Assembly (NCBI GenBank): GCA_048940375.1
Contig: JBHLOP010000019.1
Span: 1-15,844 of the forward strand
Origin: Promethearchaeota archaeon
GTDB taxonomy: Archaea > Asgardarchaeota > Sifarchaeia > Borrarchaeales > Borrarchaeaceae
Length of the DNA: 15,844 nucleotides
Direction of reading: 5' to 3'
The translations under genes were made by a program, and so were the position numbers. Below, in pieces: positions 14,305 to 15,844 of this stretch (positions are counted from its first letter, which is position 1; every line of letters starts with the position of its first letter). The notes beneath the pieces are model-generated. The model was not told the origin of the DNA. It ran no database searches and worked only from the letters and a program-made list of their open reading frames with translations.

Positions 14305-15708
14305 TTATCCGCGTAAACTGTGAAATGGGGCGGGTGTACGTCCTCCTCTTTTAACAAAGGTATCTGATCGGTAAGGTTTTGTATTGAGAACTGGAGCTTT
14401 CCCCATCAAACCACCAAACTCTATCATTTCGCCACCATAACTTTTTGGTACCGGAATAATCCGGACACCTGCTGGCTTGTCATTGGCAATAGCTATTGCG
14501 ATTTGATCTGCGATGATTGCTGAAATCGTTTCTTTGCTTGTGTCTCCTGGTATTAGCACCATATCGATCCCCAGTGCACACACACTGCTCATAGCATGAA
14601 GCGTTGTAATATCGATTGCACCTCTTTTTGCTGCCTCTGACATACCCTGATCCTCCATAACTGGGATAAAAACACCCGAAAGTCCTCCTACATAACTACT
14701 GGCCATCGCACCGCCTTTTTTCAGGGCATCAGCGAGAATAGCAAGCGCTGCTATCGATCCATGACCTCCGCATTCTTCTAGCCCCATTGCCTGTATAATC
14801 TCTGCAACTGAGCCTCCATTTGGATCAGGGGCTAAACTGATATCTACTGCACCAAACTCAATCCCTAGCGCTTTTGCGATTTGTCTGCCAATTAGCTCAC
14901 CGGCACGTGTCACTTTAAAAGTAGCAGCCTTGATTTCATCGGCCAATTTCCCAATATCTGCGTGTTCACCAATTTCTTGTATTGCTGCTTTGATCACGCC
15001 AGGTCCGCTAATTCCGATAACAACTGTTGCGTCAGGTCCACCTGGACTGGCAAACGCTCCAGGCATAAAAGGAGTATCTTCCATAGCATTTGCTAAGACA
15101 ATGAATTTTGCACACCCAATTCCGTTAGATGTTTTTTGAGAGACGTTTAGGATGATTTCACCCATTTTAGCAATTGCATCAAAGTTGATTCCAGCATGAG
15201 TTGTCGCCACATTTACAAAACCGCAAACAGTATCAGTTTTACTCATCACTTCTGGCAGAGATTCAATAAGGATAGTATCCGCCTTCATAAAACCTCTATG
15301 AACAAATGTAGAATAGCCTCCTACATAATCAACACCTGATTCCTTGGCAATTCTGTCTAATGAGGATGCTATCTTAAAGGCAACATTGATACCCTCATTT
15401 ATTTCTAAATCTTCAACCATAGGTCCCAATAACTGTGCGATAGGTGTAACTGCTAATCTTTTATTAACGATAGGTACACCAAACCTTTCTTCAATTTGAG
15501 TAATTTCATCAATAAAGCGCTTAATAAAAGGGGGCATATGTGTTTCCATAAGCGATATTGTAATATCTGGATCCTCGCGGGCGTATTTTTGGATGTTCAT
15601 TGCTAAGGTTGTTGCACGTATGTTTAAATTTTCGAGCCAGAACATTCTTACAGTGTCTAAAATCTCGCTTGGTGATAACAATAATGGCATTATTTTTTCA
15701 CTCCTCAC
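14305..15708 (-). CDS. UPF0210 / PFL (DUF711) family protein
   Basis: 'LSPSEILDTVRMFWLENLNIRATTLAMNI', 'GVDYVGGYSTFVHRGFMKADTILIESLPEVMSKTDTVCGFVNVATTHAGINFDAI', 'FMPGAFASPGGPDATVVIGISGPGVI', 'EECGGHGSIAALAILADALKKGGAMASS'. Confidence 0.92.
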   Translation of the reverse strand: MRSEKIMPLLLSPSEILDTVRMFWLENLNIRATTLAMNIQKYAREDPDITISLMETHMPPFIKRFIDEITQIEERFGVPIVNKRLAVTPIAQLLGPMVEDLEINEGINVAFKIASSLDRIAKESGVDYVGGYSTFVHRGFMKADTILIESLPEVMSKTDTVCGFVNVATTHAGINFDAIAKMGEIILNVSQKTSNGIGCAKFIVLANAMEDTPFMPGAFASPGGPDATVVIGISGPGVIKAAIQEIGEHADIGKLADEIKAATFKVTRAGELIGRQIAKALGIEFGAVDISLAPDPNGGSVAEIIQAMGLEECGGHGSIAALAILADALKKGGAMASSYVGGLSGVFIPVMEDQGMSEAAKRGAIDITTLHAMSSVCALGIDMVLIPGDTSKETISAIIADQIAIAIANDKPAGVRIIPVPKSYGGEMIEFGGLMGKAPVLNTKPYRSDTFVKRGGRTPAPFHSLRG

Positions 15709-15715
15709 TCTATTT

Positions 15716-15844
15716 CTATACTCTGTTCATAAAATTAAAGACCTCTTCATGAAGAGTGAAAATATGAACCCCTAATTCTTCACCCTTCGTACGAAGTCTT
15801 TCTTTTAGTGCTTTTAGCGGTACAGTAGCATTGGACATATCGCC
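15716..15844 (-). CDS. C-terminal 42 aa of a UPF0237 ACT-domain protein, truncated at the window edge (not in the ORF track)
   Basis: Reverse complement reads GDMSNATVPLKALKERLRTKGEELGVHIFTLHEEVFNFMNRV*, matching the typical C-terminus (..LK.L.E.L..KG.ELGV.I..Q.EDIFN.MHRI) of the small ACT protein usually encoded upstream of UPF0210. The frame is open to the window edge. Confidence 0.85.
   Translation of the reverse strand, partial: GDMSNATVPLKALKERLRTKGEELGVHIFTLHEEVFNFMNRV

Noticed and set aside
12825-14357. Full 510-aa form of the minus-strand hydrolase as given in the ORF track
   Set aside because: It would overlap the upstream UPF0210 gene by 53 nt, and the first 46 aa look unrelated. 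MKLCYVIIDGLA at 14219 is the natural start for this superfamily.
1-15844. CRISPR arrays, tRNA/rRNA genes, transposases, phage or toxin-antitoxin genes
   Set aside because: No regularly spaced repeats, no recognisable tRNA/rRNA sequence and no mobile-element protein motifs were seen on reading the window.
1-15844. Canonical Asgard ESCRT/ubiquitin cluster
   Set aside because: Only an ESCRT-II-like subunit is present; no ESCRT-III, Vps4, ubiquitin, E1/E2 or deubiquitinase gene was found in this window.

Overview
This window appears to be archaeal chromosome, very probably Asgard. Evidence: archaeal-type genes, a TATA-box-like promoter element, Shine-Dalgarno motifs, and an ESCRT-II-like protein. 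It contains two blocks of interest. (1) Left block, 306..7979. A tight three-gene minus-strand operon encodes, in transcription order, a multi-zinc-ribbon protein with a predicted beta-sandwich region (3091..4575), a Vps22/SNF8-like EAP30-domain protein with a long N-terminal helical extension (1895..3058), and an SPFH-domain protein carrying a zinc-ribbon array (306..1877). A 989-aa multi-spanning membrane protein with a C-terminal zinc ribbon (5010..7979) is transcribed divergently from the same intergenic region, which also contains a perfect 9-bp-arm palindrome. This is the best candidate for an undescribed membrane-remodelling module. (2) Middle block, 8037..12785. A glycerophosphodiester phosphodiesterase-like gene is followed by a cyclic 2,3-diphosphoglycerate synthetase, a 2-phosphoglycerate kinase (4-nt gap), and a tandem-duplicated metallophosphoesterase whose second copy has GHRD in place of GNHD. 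On the opposite strand are an alkaline-phosphatase-superfamily protein (start better placed at 14219), a UPF0210/DUF711 protein, and the truncated C-terminus of its usual UPF0237 ACT-domain partner at the right edge, which is absent from the ORF track. I saw no CRISPR array, tRNA, rRNA or mobile element. All family assignments are by eye from motifs and remembered homologues; no database search was run.
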